NCBI GenBank assembly: GCA_040437565.1 | Contig: JBDOQK010000007.1 | Span: 372,001 to 436,000, forward strand | Direction: 5' to 3' | Length of the DNA stretch: 64,000 bases | Source: Albugo candida | Lineage: Eukaryota | Shown: positions 34,310 through 45,529 of the stretch, in pieces | Position numbering within the stretch: the stretch's first letter is position 1 | Layout of the letters: each line of letters opens with the position of its first letter | Position numbers and translations under genes: made by a program | The notes under the pieces: model-generated | Databases searched by the model: none | What the model was told of the DNA's origin: nothing | Seen by the model: the letters and a program-made list of their open reading frames with translations, nothing else

Positions 34310-37300
34310 TCAAATTGCCCAATCAGCACCTTCTTTTGCTTCGTCCTCTGGAGTGAGGAAAGGCGTATGTATGGATTTGATCATAATATCGCCGCAAAAA
34401 ATACATTCGGATGCGATAATATCGTCCAATTTCTGCTGTACGATCTCTTTCTCTTGCGCAAGCTGCTGTTGCTTTTGTACATGTTGATCTCTTGAGTTCG
34501 CATGCGATGGCGCAAACGTCGATTTCACATTGTCTTTACTTCCGCTAAGCGCGGAAAAAGCCGCACTTAACCCGCCAGTTTCCTTTTCCAAGTTCAAGAA
34601 AGGAAGTGCGGTGGCCAGCGATCCTTTCAACAACTTGGAGCGCGATGTCGATTGCGTTTTCGCCATCGCAGTTGTCAAATCATTCAATTTCTGCGTTAAT
34701 TGCTTAACGGTTTGACGCTGAAAACTGTTGAGATGATGCAGCATTTCCTGATGTAATGCGCTCGCCAGAAACGCGTGCGAGCACGGGAATAGATAAAATT
34801 CTTTGCCGACGATATTTTGCCCCGTTAATTCGCACCGCTGATTGCCCGAAACGATGGCGCATCTCTTTCGAAGTCGCTGCATATCCGTCCGAATGAGTTC
34901 CGCCGACTGCGTGTAATCTTGCATTTCTTCTTTCAGCTGCTCAATGCGATCGTTGTACCCCTCCAAACTCTCGCAAATCTCTTTCTTGAAGTCGTTTATG
35001 AGCACAAAATCCGGAAAAAATGGCAAAATATCTTCAATTTTGAGCACTTTGCTTTCTTTCAGAATACCCATCGCCTCTTTGATTTCAGCGCCAGCGTCGA
35101 TAGTGTGTTTGGCGATCAATGTCCATAGTTTTTTGCGAAGTTCCTCGTCTTCCGGCATGTTGGCCATTTCTTTAGCAATTTTTACATCGACTTGAAGAGC
35201 TTTTTCAACAGCATCCGGGTACAAGCTCATGGCGGAATAGATGTAAATGCAAGCGCGATTCTTTTCGTATTGAGTGCATAAACGAAGGGCAAACGCAATG
35301 TCGAAATAATGTCGTCCGTCGTGCTTTTTGCGTAGAAATTTGATCAGTAATCGCTCATCAGGATGCTTGGACANNNNNNNNNNNNNNNNNNNNNNNNNNN
35401 NNNNNNNNNNNNNNNNNNNNNNNNNNNNNNNNNNNNNNNNNNNNNNNNNNNNNNNNNNNNNNNNNNNNNNNNNTTTTTTGCGAAGTTCCTCGTCTTCCGG
35501 CATGTTGGCCATTTCTTTAGCAATTTTTACATCGACTTGAAGAGCTTTTTCAACAGCATCCGGGTACAAGCTCATGGCGGAATAGATGTAAATGCAAGCG
35601 CGATTCTTTTCGTATTGAGTGCATAAACGAAGGGCAAACGCAATGTCGAAATAATGTCGTCCGTCGTGCTTTTTGCGTAGAAATTTGATCAGTAATCGCT
35701 CATCAGGATGCTTGGACAACAGAAACAAATTGTAGTTGTGGATGGTTGGATCGCGATTTCCTTTCTTGATGGCGAAATTCAAGTATTGAATGGCTAGTTC
35801 GAGGACACTGCGTTTCTGATGATTGGCTTTTGTGTTTGACTCCCTTTGCTGGTGCACATGACGCACAATGGATGGAATCAGACGAGTGGGATTGAGAGTC
35901 TCTGCTTCTCGCCAGGCCTCATACAGCTCTTTGGGTTTGTGGACGATTAATTCTGGGGAGTATTTATAGTACAATTCTTCCACTTTGGATGCTTGGACAC
36001 TTCGTAATATCTCAATAGCTCCGCTGTAATCGCCGCGATGGATGTGGTACGTTACGACTTTTTCATAATCCTCGATCAAGGTGGCATAAAAAACCAGTTC
36101 ATCGGGACGTCCGTGGCTTGCAATCATCTGGAACGTTGTGGCTGGATCCAAATGCTGCTTGTGATCTTGTAAAAATTGCTTAAACTCAAACAAGAGATTC
36201 GCGTGAGCATCGACATCCTGAGCCGTTCCTTTTAGCACATTGAATTTGTCCAAGAATAACTCCACAATCCAAGAGCACAATACGGTTTTTTGCGTTTTTT
36301 CGTCCGGGTCGAGCGTCTTAAGCTTTTGTGCGAGAAATATACGCAAGGCGTCCCGAGTATCTTTTTCCAGAAATTTCAGTGCCACTTCTTCAAATGAGCG
36401 ATATGTCTTTGCATACAACACTGCAGCACGTTCAAATTCATCTCGTTCAAAGCATTTGTCAGCTTGGGCGGTCAGAACTTGCTGCCTCTCGAATCCATTT
36501 CGGCACTTGGAAAGAGCTTTTTCAAAATCTCGATCATCACCACCACCGATTGTCGCTTTTTGCAGTAGGAGCTTCCAGATATTTCGATCTTCATCGTTGA
36601 TAGCGATTTCCAGTATTCGGCGATCAGAATGGACCCAAACTGTGTTGAAAGTTGCGTCACAACTGATTCCATGCACTGTGCCAACACGAGAATCAAAGCT
36701 TTCTTCCATGACAACAACTCCATTCAACTTGGAAATGACTTGAATACTCTTCGGATAAAGCAAAATGATGTGATACTCTGTCACCGAAAGCGATATTGGT
36801 ACATTACGACGGGAATTTCCACTTGTACTTGGCTTTGGATACGATAAAAGATCACATCCAGTCATGATATTATCCAATTCACTGCCAGTTCCGAAGATAA
36901 AGTTCCCATGGTAGACACCGTCTCCAGTCATGAGTCCAAAACAGCGAGCGCGTTCACGCTCTTTCTTGGCGAAAAAACGCAATTCGGATTTACCAATTTC
37001 ACCAGGAAGTTCTTGAAAGCGTACTAGATCCTTATCTGCGGAATAAACGCTGAAAATCGCTTCGAATAAGCTCATGGATCCCAGATTAGCATCACTCCCA
37101 ATAAATTGGAAAAGCCGAGTCGGACGTTTACCGGTTCCGGAAGTTACCAGCATGATGTAATATTTCTCTTCCTGGGAAGGCATTCTCCAATGCTCAAACT
37201 CTACGGCAGCGATTGGACCTTGATTGGTGATCTCAAACACTTTCTTGAAACTGCGTTCTTTTCCATTCTCAAACTCAGCTTCATACACGGCTCCAGTGTC

Positions 37301-37918
37301 AGTACCAATCAAAATGGATTCTGTGCTTGTTGGTGATCCTTGCTGGCGATCCCAAGCTACACTGTGAAATTGCATACCTTGCGCTTTGCTCAACTTTCTG
37401 GGTCGATTTGTGCTCGTATGAAGATAGTAATTGGATCCATTCTCCATACAAATGAGTAGATGTGCTCCACTTGGATCCAGGAATAAATTTGACATCGCAA
37501 CCCGTGGCTCAATCATGATCTCTTCAATGGTTCCGCCGCTATCGGTAGCATCCACAGTACATCGCAACAACAAGCCTTCCATTGAGCCCAATGCCATTAT
37601 ATTATTACCGACACTCATTTTATTCAAGGTGAATCCCTTTCTTCTTGAGACTTTGATCCCATGCTCTCTCAATTCGAATATCGGACGGTCATTTTCTATG
37701 ATTCCACGCTGGTTCGGAAGATGCGATGTTTCAAAATCGAAATCTTCCACACTGCTGGTGTCAAATTGCGCTGAAGAAACAGGTGCATACGGAGACTCAT
37801 AGTATGCGTTGTTTGCGTTTGTTGTAGGGGGTATTCGTGCTGTAGCAGCAAGAGTATTAGAGGAAGAACTAAAGGTTTCTTCCTCCTTTTTCCAGTCGGC
37901 AAAGAGATCCCCCGACAT
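34310..37918 (-). CDS. VPS18: Vacuolar protein sorting 18 (HOPS/CORVET core); true length ~1087 aa after removing the gap and duplicated segment
   Basis: Pep3/Vps18 features: LFLDPSGAHLLI, ILIGTDTG, SVTEYHIILL, SFEEVALKF, LYYKYSP, LKIEDILPFFPDF..I.DFK.EIC, FPCSH, ASECIFCGDIMIKSI. Confidence 0.95.
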   Translation of the reverse strand: MSGDLFADWKKEEETFSSSSNTLAATARIPPTTNANNAYYESPYAPVSSAQFDTSSVEDFDFETSHLPNQRGIIENDRPIFELREHGIKVSRRKGFTLNKMSVGNNIMALGSMEGLLLRCTVDATDSGGTIEEIMIEPRVAMSNLFLDPSGAHLLICMENGSNYYLHTSTNRPRKLSKAQGMQFHSVAWDRQQGSPTSTESILIGTDTGAVYEAEFENGKERSFKKVFEITNQGPIAAVEFEHWRMPSQEEKYYIMLVTSGTGKRPTRLFQFIGSDANLGSMSLFEAIFSVYSADKDLVRFQELPGEIGKSELRFFAKKERERARCFGLMTGDGVYHGNFIFGTGSELDNIMTGCDLLSYPKPSTSGNSRRNVPISLSVTEYHIILLYPKSIQVISKLNGVVVMEESFDSRVGTVHGISCDATFNTVWVHSDRRILEIAINDEDRNIWKLLLQKATIGGGDDRDFEKALSKCRNGFERQQVLTAQADKCFERDEFERAAVLYAKTYRSFEEVALKFLEKDTRDALRIFLAQKLKTLDPDEKTQKTVLCSWIVELFLDKFNVLKGTAQDVDAHANLLFEFKQFLQDHKQHLDPATTFQMIASHGRPDELVFYATLIEDYEKVVTYHIHRGDYSGAIEILRSVQASKVEELYYKYSPELIVHKPKELYEAWREAETLNPTRLIPSIVRHVHQQRESNTKANHQKRSVLELAIQYLNFAIKKGNRDPTIHNYNLFLLSKHPDERLLIKFLRKKHDGRHYFDIAFALRLCTQYEKNRACIYIYSAMSLYPDAVEKALQVDVKIAKEMANMPEDEELRKKXXXXXXXXXXXXXXXXXXXXXXXXXXXXXXXXXXSKHPDERLLIKFLRKKHDGRHYFDIAFALRLCTQYEKNRACIYIYSAMSLYPDAVEKALQVDVKIAKEMANMPEDEELRKKLWTLIAKHTIDAGAEIKEAMGILKESKVLKIEDILPFFPDFVLINDFKKEICESLEGYNDRIEQLKEEMQDYTQSAELIRTDMQRLRKRCAIVSGNQRCELTGQNIVGKEFYLFPCSHAFLASALHQEMLHHLNSFQRQTVKQLTQKLNDLTTAMAKTQSTSRSKLLKGSLATALPFLNLEKETGGLSAAFSALSGSKDNVKSTFAPSHANSRDQHVQKQQQLAQEKEIVQQKLDDIIASECIFCGDIMIKSIHTPFLTPEDEAKEGADWAI
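35129..35718. other. 100-N gap (35374-35473) with a 245-bp duplicated flank, inside VPS18
   Basis: 35129-35373 is identical to 35474-35718. Confidence 0.9.
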
Positions 37919-38179
37919 ATTATATACCGGTATNNNNNNNNNNNNNNNNNNNNNNNNNNNNNNNNNNNNNNNNNNNNNNNNNNNNNNNNNNNNNNNNNNN
38001 NNNNNNNNNNNNNNNNNNNNNNNNNNNNNNNNNATTTGGTCAGAAAATAACGAAAAGAACAGCTCGCCGGACGAGTTTTAATACAGTCTCCGCTTCGTTC
38101 CTCGACGTTATTTACTTTCATTATACATTGAATTTATTTATTTATTTACAATCTGCATCCCTACCTCCAAGCTCGTTCC

Positions 38180-41100
38180 ATGAGCGCTCCTATCGATGAT
38201 CTATTATTCGGAGCGGACGATTCCGGCGACGAAGACACGCTAAGTAGTACGCATGCGTCGCATGCAACGCTCTGTATATACTGAGTCTCTCTGTAGGCAA
38301 TGTACCCGTTGAAACGTATGGAACTCCACTTGCTCCCAACGGCGCTCTACCGCTTTCTAATTCCAACACAATGCCATTTCCATCTTCCGCAGCGATTCCA
38401 CCTCCCGTTTCGATCACTTGCAACACAATTCCATCGAGAGTAATGCCGACTGCAATTGGTCAAAATGGAGCCGTCACCACTTCCAAGCCAAATGCGCCAA
38501 TCGGATCGTCCGCTTTGCCGGTCACAACAGCCTCACCCATCACGAAACCTGCAGGCTCTGGACAACAAACATTCCAGCAAATGTTTGCTTTACTCAAACA
38601 GATGCTTCCTCCTGAACAGTATGCAACGCTGCATGCGGAAATGCGGAAAGGAAATGGAGTACGATACTTTCACGTGAAACGAACGTAACACTCACACTAA
38701 CTGTGTAGAATGATGTCAAATCCATCGTCGATATCATCAAGCGGATCGCCGGAGACGCTATTTTCTCCAGTGTGATTCAGAAAATGGACCTTGCACGAAC
38801 GACAAGCTCTATTCAGGTGAGGTGCAAGCGTCCGAGTTCGAGTGGGACTAATGAGCGCTGTTGCGGTAGAAGGCATCAATCAAACCAGCACTCCCTATCA
38901 GTACCTCTACCAACTCGTCTGTGCTCTCAAGAGCGAATGCCAGCCCGCTGAATGTGAAGAACGGGAACCCTCAGCGTCCAATTTCTTCGCAATCGACTGG
39001 AATGAGTGGCTGTGTTGTCAAGACAGAACCCGTTGTAATGAATCAGACACCAGTTCCACCTGCAAGCACGTCTTATAACGCCCCAATCAGCACGCCAATC
39101 ACCACCAATCCCAATGTCGCTGGAAGAAATGAAGCAATGGAGAAAATTGAATTCGCAAAAAAATTATTATTACACGCATCTCAATGTACCCTACCGCCCG
39201 GAATGTGTCAAGTGAAAAANNNNNNNNNNNNNNNNNNNNNNNNNNNNNNNNNNNNNNNNNNNNNNNNNNNNNNNNNNNNNNNNNNNNNNNNNNNNNNNNN
39301 NNNNNNNNNNNNNNNNNNNCAGCCCGCTGAATGTGAAGAACGGGAACCCTCAGCGTCCAATTTCTTCGCAATCGACTGGAATGAGTGGCTGTGTTGTCAA
39401 GACAGAACCCGTTGTAATGAATCAGACACCAGTTCCACCTGCAAGCACGTCTTATAACGCCCCAATCAGCACGCCAATCACCACCAATCCCAATGTCGCT
39501 GGAAGAAATGAAGCAATGGAGAAAATTGAATTCGCAAAAAAATTATTATTACACGCATCTCAATGTACCCTACCGCCCGGAATGTGTCAAGTGAAAAAAT
39601 GTGATGATGTAAGACGAGTATTTCGTCATAGTAGTACGTGTGGAGGTGCTCGTGGATGCTCGCATTGTGAGCAACTCAAAGGCCTCGTAAAGTATCATGC
39701 AAAGGAATGCAGCAAAGCCTTGAACGATCGCTGTGTGATCCCGTTTTGTGATACACTGAGGCGGGTCTACGCGAGCGCATCGTCAGCGAATGGTTTGGGT
39801 GCAACCATGAAAGTACATGCAGCAGATGAAGGGGAGAGCAGCTCACTGGCAAAACTCAAGAAACAAGCTATGGCTCGAGGATCAAAATCGACAATCGGAA
39901 CTGCGTCACCGAGTCGAAAAAATAGCTCTCCAGGACCCAATAATGCGAATACTTATACGACGACGACACCAAAGCCGAAACCGGTTGTGAATGCAAATAT
40001 CACAGCAGAGTATGGACGTCTTTTACAACTTATATTACACGTACAAAAATGCAGTGTTACCAATTGCGTTTTGGGAGAAGAATGCTCCGAGTCAAAGTCG
40101 CTCTTGTGTCAGATCAACTCGCCGAATGCGCCGGTAGGTCGAGCGCTAGAATCTTGACATTCTCATTGACCTTATTTGCTCGCTACAGGATCGAGCGAAA
40201 ACATACAAACAAGTCTTTGCACATTATAAAGTGTGTCTGGCAAAAAATAACACAGCAAATTGTCCAATGTGCAAAATTGGATTGCGACCAATAGTGACGC
40301 CAATGACACATTCCCCGAAAGCTAGCAATACGGAATCCATCACGACACCGACAACTCATTCAGGGATGAGTGTGGGGGCAAGTGGAAATTCCAGTGGAGC
40401 CAATTATACTGGTACCCCTTACGGATCTTCATCGAAACGGCCTAATGCTTCTACTCCATCGTCCCGATCGCCTACAAAAAAACAGCGTTTGCATCCATTC
40501 CGGAAAGGATCTGTTTCTGGTGGCATGGAATCCACAGCTGGCGTGGATTTAGCTCAAGCAAGTGCCTCTGATCTTCGTAGAGAAGCCGATGTTTTAACAC
40601 ACACATCTGTGGATTTCAACACAGAACGTCGACAGATGATGGATAGTCGTCGTCGTTCAAGACCGATCACTATATCTGAGAAACTCTCGTGCAAAAAAGA
40701 ACAATGGGCAACGCATGATCTCTTCCAAAAGGATGTTTTACAAGCGACAATGGAAGCGATATGTCAACGTACCGGCGTGACACTTGGAAGAAATACCACT
40801 AATATCATGTCATTCGCGTTGTTTGAACATCTGAAGCAAAGCATCGAGGAAATGGTTGAAATCGCAAAACAAAGATGTGACGTTCACGCTCAGACATTAG
40901 AAGAGATCAAACGTCGAGCTCAGGCATCCAATACCTCTGGCGCTCGCACGCATCCGTCATCCAATTTCTCTTCTCTCGATATGCTGAGAGCGAGTTGTGA
41001 TAAAGCGTTCAATGCCATCCGACAAGACGATTTGCTTCTTCGTACCCGGTTGCTGGAAGACGCAAAACGAGATGAAGCTTCCGAAAAAGAACGCAATAAA

Positions 41101-41406
41101 AAGCGTAAAAAGCTTGATCGGAACAAGCAGCTTCTACAGGACGAGAAAGATGAGGCTGAAATGGATCTGGAGGAGCTGGCTGAGAAAGACCTGAAGGACC
41201 GGCTTTTGCAGGAAGAGCGAGATGGACTTGTCAAGATCGAAGGCCGAGTGAACGAGAGTATTAGTGGGAAATTCATGCGATGTATCGATAATCAGGTCAC
41301 CATGGAAGATGCGAGCTTTTGGCTGCATAATCAGAAACCATACGTTCATCCGATGCTCTTTTTACGCGCTGATACCGCTCGGATCATCACGAAGGCTCTC
41401 ACGTAA
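38180..41406 (+). CDS. Probable TFIID subunit TAF4-like protein with RST-like domain, TAZ zinc finger(s) and C-terminal histone fold; introns 38244-38296, 38659-38708, 38817-38869, 40134-40188
   Basis: Exons splice in frame once the gap duplication is removed. FQQMFALLKQMLPPEQ...IIKRIAGDAIF (RST-like); LLLHASQC...C...RHSSTC...CSHC...YHAKEC...CVIPFC (TAZ); LQATMEAICQRTG...MSFALFEHLKQSIEEMVEIAKQR and QVTMEDASFWL (TAF4-like histone fold and C-terminal motif). Confidence 0.65.
38941..39598. other. 100-N gap (39220-39319) with a 279-bp duplicated flank, inside the TAF4-like gene
   Basis: 38941-39219 is identical to 39320-39598. Confidence 0.9.
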
Positions 41407-41690
41407 TTTGATTGCATGGAGATGGTACAATACATCTGTGGAGCATTGATCCATGCGCTTGGGAGGAGAAGCAGACTGCGGGCTGTGGAATGCTGCAGGA
41501 GACCCATTGGCTGCACGCCTTAACAATAAATAGCTTTTCTGTTTGAATCGCGCACGAAATGATCTTTTTGTAGAGAAATTGTATGCGCTTTGAATCGATT
41601 GAGAGGGAAAGATTTCATTTGTATTCTTATAGCTTTTTGTCGAAAAAAAAGAGACTTTGGCGTCGTCTGATGAGAAATGACCGATTGTGG

Positions 41691-41870
41691 TTAATGCTCA
41701 GATGTTTTGTGGTGCTCCAAATGTTTGTGTGGGTCGTCTTTGGTGATAAAATCGATCACAAGGTACACTCCAAATATAGCGGATGCGATTCCGAATCCTG
41801 GTAGAGGCTTCTTCTTGCAATTTGAGATGAAAGGATGCTTACGCCATGCGTCTTGATGTGCGAGAACCAT
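41691..41870 (-). CDS. NDUFB3: NADH:ubiquinone oxidoreductase subunit B12 (NDUFB3-like), 59 aa
   Basis: DAWRKHP...PLPGFGIASAIFGVY pattern with one transmembrane helix and a His-rich tail. Confidence 0.8.
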   Translation of the reverse strand: MVLAHQDAWRKHPFISNCKKKPLPGFGIASAIFGVYLVIDFITKDDPHKHLEHHKTSEH

Positions 41871-41979
41871 GAATATCGCCTGCAAAATGTTTGTGGATTT
41901 TAAATGATGTATTGCACATAAACGTAATCAAGAGAATAGGTACGGTAAGTCTTAAAATGGATTCATTGCGTACTGCGTC

Positions 41980-44277
41980 TTACAAATGACAAACGCGACT
42001 CGATGATAAAAACAGAGTTCGCAAGAATGGAAATAGCCCATAAAGCACTGCAAATGTGTTTCTGTCAATTGCGTAACCATTGTCAACGGTTAAACCGCTC
42101 GCGTGGTGATGCGAAACATTTTCTGGTGAGTATTCATTCATTCTGAAATCTTTGTCTTCAAGCACCCAAAGATCGCTATTCCTGGCCGGGACAAGCTTTT
42201 CATTGCAGTAATTCATAAAATGATCCGCAACATTTTTCGGACATTGTAAGAGATCAAATGCCAGTTTGAAGTCGGATCGATACAATCGGTCCGTCGCATA
42301 CGCTTCCACACAGGAGCCACTATTAAGCTCTTTTCCATGAAATCGTACTTGCAGAAAAGAACTGAAAATAATATTAGCGAATGACGGTGCGTTGTCATGA
42401 ATTGCTTTGATGCTCAGCCAGTAATCTTTGGCGGTAATGAACCCATCTTGGTCTTGATCAAAGAAAGAGATGACCGTGTACACATTCACAAACGAAGAGA
42501 ATCCAAAACCTTCCACAAGCCTTCGCGCATGCTTCCCGTCGAGTTTTCCAGTTGTAGACAGCTTATCAAACATTGATTTGATCATTGGATAGGTGATAGA
42601 AGCGGTTTCTGTCTCCGAAAACTCTGCATCATGATCTAGCAGCAGATGACTGCTTATATAAGTGGCCACATTCTTTGTTTTCCGCGCGAAATTGTAATTA
42701 TGCATTCGCTTGATGGTCGTGTCTGATTTCTTGGAAGAAAGATGAGATCGTACCATCCAAGGATGACGCAAGACTTCTTCGACTTTAATACGATCATGTA
42801 CTTTAACTGTCAGCATTCTGGTGACCAACTCGAAAGCCTCCGTCGAGATATTAGCCCAGTCTTCTTGTCGGATAAAAACTTCCCCGCGAGCTGTTTTCAT
42901 CATTATCTCCGTGTCCGTCTTGCCACGAAATGGAGGATATCCGACCAAAAGAATGTACAGAATCACTCCTGCAGCAAATACATCAGCTGCCGGGGTATAC
43001 AATCTTGAAGTGATCACCTCTGGTGCGATGTAACCAACAGTACCAGCGATCACTGGTCGAGAATTCCCGCTTTTTGAACCATGCTGACAGGTCCCAAACA
43101 TCGATCGAGCCAATCCAAAATCTGTCAGAATTATTTTTGGAGGATTTTTGGCGTCATTTTTTCCAAAGGCCTCATCGAGCAAAATGTTTTCTGGTTTTAT
43201 ATCCAAATGCAAGATATTGTGCTTATGAAGAGCATAAAGCGCAGCCATAAGCTGTCTCATAATTTCAGCAGCGTCATACTCGTTGCAGTGACCACGTTCC
43301 ACAATGGCGTCATATAACTCCCCTCCTCTGCATAGCTGTAAAAGTATGTGTATTCTCGCATTTTCTTCGTACACTTTTTCGATTCGGACTAAATTTGGAT
43401 GATTGATTTGATTTGTGATTCTTCTTAAAATCTCCACTTCTTGCACAATTGCATCGCGATGCTCCAATTTGGTCGTATCAAAGATCTTCATGGCATATTG
43501 CTTCTTGTTTCGTCGATCTGTCACAATTTTGACGATTCCATTCCCTCCAACGCCCAATACTTTTCCAATCTCATAATGCCGGATCCAACGCAGTATATCT
43601 AAGCAATCACATAACGCCTGTAGCCATTCGTCCCGCGTCTTTGACTCCCCAAATCGAAGCATCCAGGGCTTTTCATACTTATTCGGACGAATGGAAAATG
43701 TTTTATCATCGATGATTCGTAATTTTCCATCTTCTTTGATCTCAACCTGTTTGATCGGTAGCTGATTGACGTCTTGCAATTGAAATGAAGTCCATCTACT
43801 TGGAGACTCTGGTTTCCTCGATACATCACATGAGTGCACTGAATTGCGAGCTTCCCATCGATCACTGTGCTTTTGCTTCATCTCATTCCATTCTTTCTGA
43901 TCGCTCGACGCTATAAAATAACATAAATGACGGCCATGGAGTTCCACATGACGTCGTTTCCAGCGCTTTGGCCAAGAAAATGTCTGCACGTGAAATTCGC
44001 CAAATAAGACGGGCGCTTGAACCCACAAATCGGCTCCTCCGCCACGTTCTGTTATTTTATGCCTTACAAAGTCCGTATCACGATGAAGCACATTAGTAGC
44101 GACTTCGAACGACTGAGATATCGACGAGCTAGTCAATGAAGAAGTCGTTGTATCTTGATCTCTACAGTCAGTCTCTTTACGGATTCCATTGCATACTTTA
44201 TGTAAGATATCCCTAGACGCACGAAAGTACTGCCGACGACGAACTACCTGCATATCGATCGAGTTGACGTCTGTCAT
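41980..44277 (-). CDS. CAMK-group protein kinase with N-terminal PH domain and C-terminal EF-hand-like region (CDPK-like)
   Basis: PH-like WKRRHVEL...RDEWLQAL; kinase LGVGGNG, YAMK, GGELYD, HLDIKPEN, DFGLA, GTVGYIAPE, GYPPF; EF loop DQDQDGFITAKD. Confidence 0.9.
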   Translation of the reverse strand: MTDVNSIDMQVVRRRQYFRASRDILHKVCNGIRKETDCRDQDTTTSSLTSSSISQSFEVATNVLHRDTDFVRHKITERGGGADLWVQAPVLFGEFHVQTFSWPKRWKRRHVELHGRHLCYFIASSDQKEWNEMKQKHSDRWEARNSVHSCDVSRKPESPSRWTSFQLQDVNQLPIKQVEIKEDGKLRIIDDKTFSIRPNKYEKPWMLRFGESKTRDEWLQALCDCLDILRWIRHYEIGKVLGVGGNGIVKIVTDRRNKKQYAMKIFDTTKLEHRDAIVQEVEILRRITNQINHPNLVRIEKVYEENARIHILLQLCRGGELYDAIVERGHCNEYDAAEIMRQLMAALYALHKHNILHLDIKPENILLDEAFGKNDAKNPPKIILTDFGLARSMFGTCQHGSKSGNSRPVIAGTVGYIAPEVITSRLYTPAADVFAAGVILYILLVGYPPFRGKTDTEIMMKTARGEVFIRQEDWANISTEAFELVTRMLTVKVHDRIKVEEVLRHPWMVRSHLSSKKSDTTIKRMHNYNFARKTKNVATYISSHLLLDHDAEFSETETASITYPMIKSMFDKLSTTGKLDGKHARRLVEGFGFSSFVNVYTVISFFDQDQDGFITAKDYWLSIKAIHDNAPSFANIIFSSFLQVRFHGKELNSGSCVEAYATDRLYRSDFKLAFDLLQCPKNVADHFMNYCNEKLVPARNSDLWVLEDKDFRMNEYSPENVSHHHASGLTVDNGYAIDRNTFAVLYGLFPFLRTLFLSSSRVCHL

Positions 44278-45529
44278 GAGAGTCTTATTCTGACGTGAGA
44301 AGAGAAAGTTTGCTTTATGGTCATTTTTCTTTTGTGAAATGGCAAATTTGTAAACGGAACAAATCCTTACACATTCGTCCCTGTGGAAATTTATCCTGCT
44401 TATCTTGAAATTGCTTGGTCAAAGGATTATGATGGTGTGGTGACCGTCGCATTTTATATATCCAAAATGCAACGGGTACGCGAAATTTAATGGAAGCAAA
44501 GGAGTAACGCCAGATAATAATGTGACATAAAATCTGACGTGCGTTGCGCAATCATGCAACTGAAATACACAACAATTTCAGCTTTCGCGTCCGTCGATAC
44601 TTAACAGCGCAAGTTGAGAGGAGCAGCGTACTGCACGTTTCTTTTTGGTGTAATTCGAATTGTAGTCATCTTTGCCTGCAAATTTCCAGTAAGCGATTGC
44701 TGTGCCATTATATGACTGATAAAAAATTGGGCCATTCTTTAGACAGATGTTTCGTACTGCTAAAGCAGAAATACGTTTGTGAAGCCTCGCGTTCATATGT
44801 ATGTATGGGGATTGAAACGGAAGAGCTACAGCAAAGATTCTTCAAATGTGCAAGATATACGAAAACGCAAGCTGCGAGTCAGTGAGTTTTTGACATGAGG
44901 CCGCGGTGTACTACTAATACTGAAGAATTCACTTTTGCTGGCTATCTGAGGAGACGTAGTCGTGAAAAGAGAGGATATCGGTAATTGATCTTTGTGGAAA
45001 AGCTTTATTGTCACGAATAAAGACATTATTGACACCTTCATGCTCACACGCTTCCATTGGTAATCGCTCCTTCGACTTTTGTTTTAACAAATCATTGTGG
45101 TACAGCTGTTGCATACAAAAGACTATGAAGGACTTTCAACTGTACATAACTGTAAGGCGCGCTTTTGCTGAGGAGAGAGTCTTTGGCCGTGTACGATTCG
45201 TATGCATATCCCTTTCATCTCAATAATGGAATTGAGTTAACGGAAGGATGTCTCAGCCCATCAGCAGTGTGGCAAGTTGTCTAATCAAAAACGCTTTTAC
45301 AGCGATCGCTTAGAAATCCTCATAACAATTGATATAACCCTTTTAAATTTATTACCATCACCCACTGCCATCCAACTGGTACTTTTTNNNNNNNNNNNNN
45401 NNNNNNNNNNNNNNNNNNNNNNNNNNNNNNNNNNNNNNNNNNNNNNNNNNNNNNNNNNNNNNNNNNNNNNNNNNNNNNNNNNNNNNNTACATTGGCACTT
45501 CATCAATCAATGGACATTACGACAGCACA

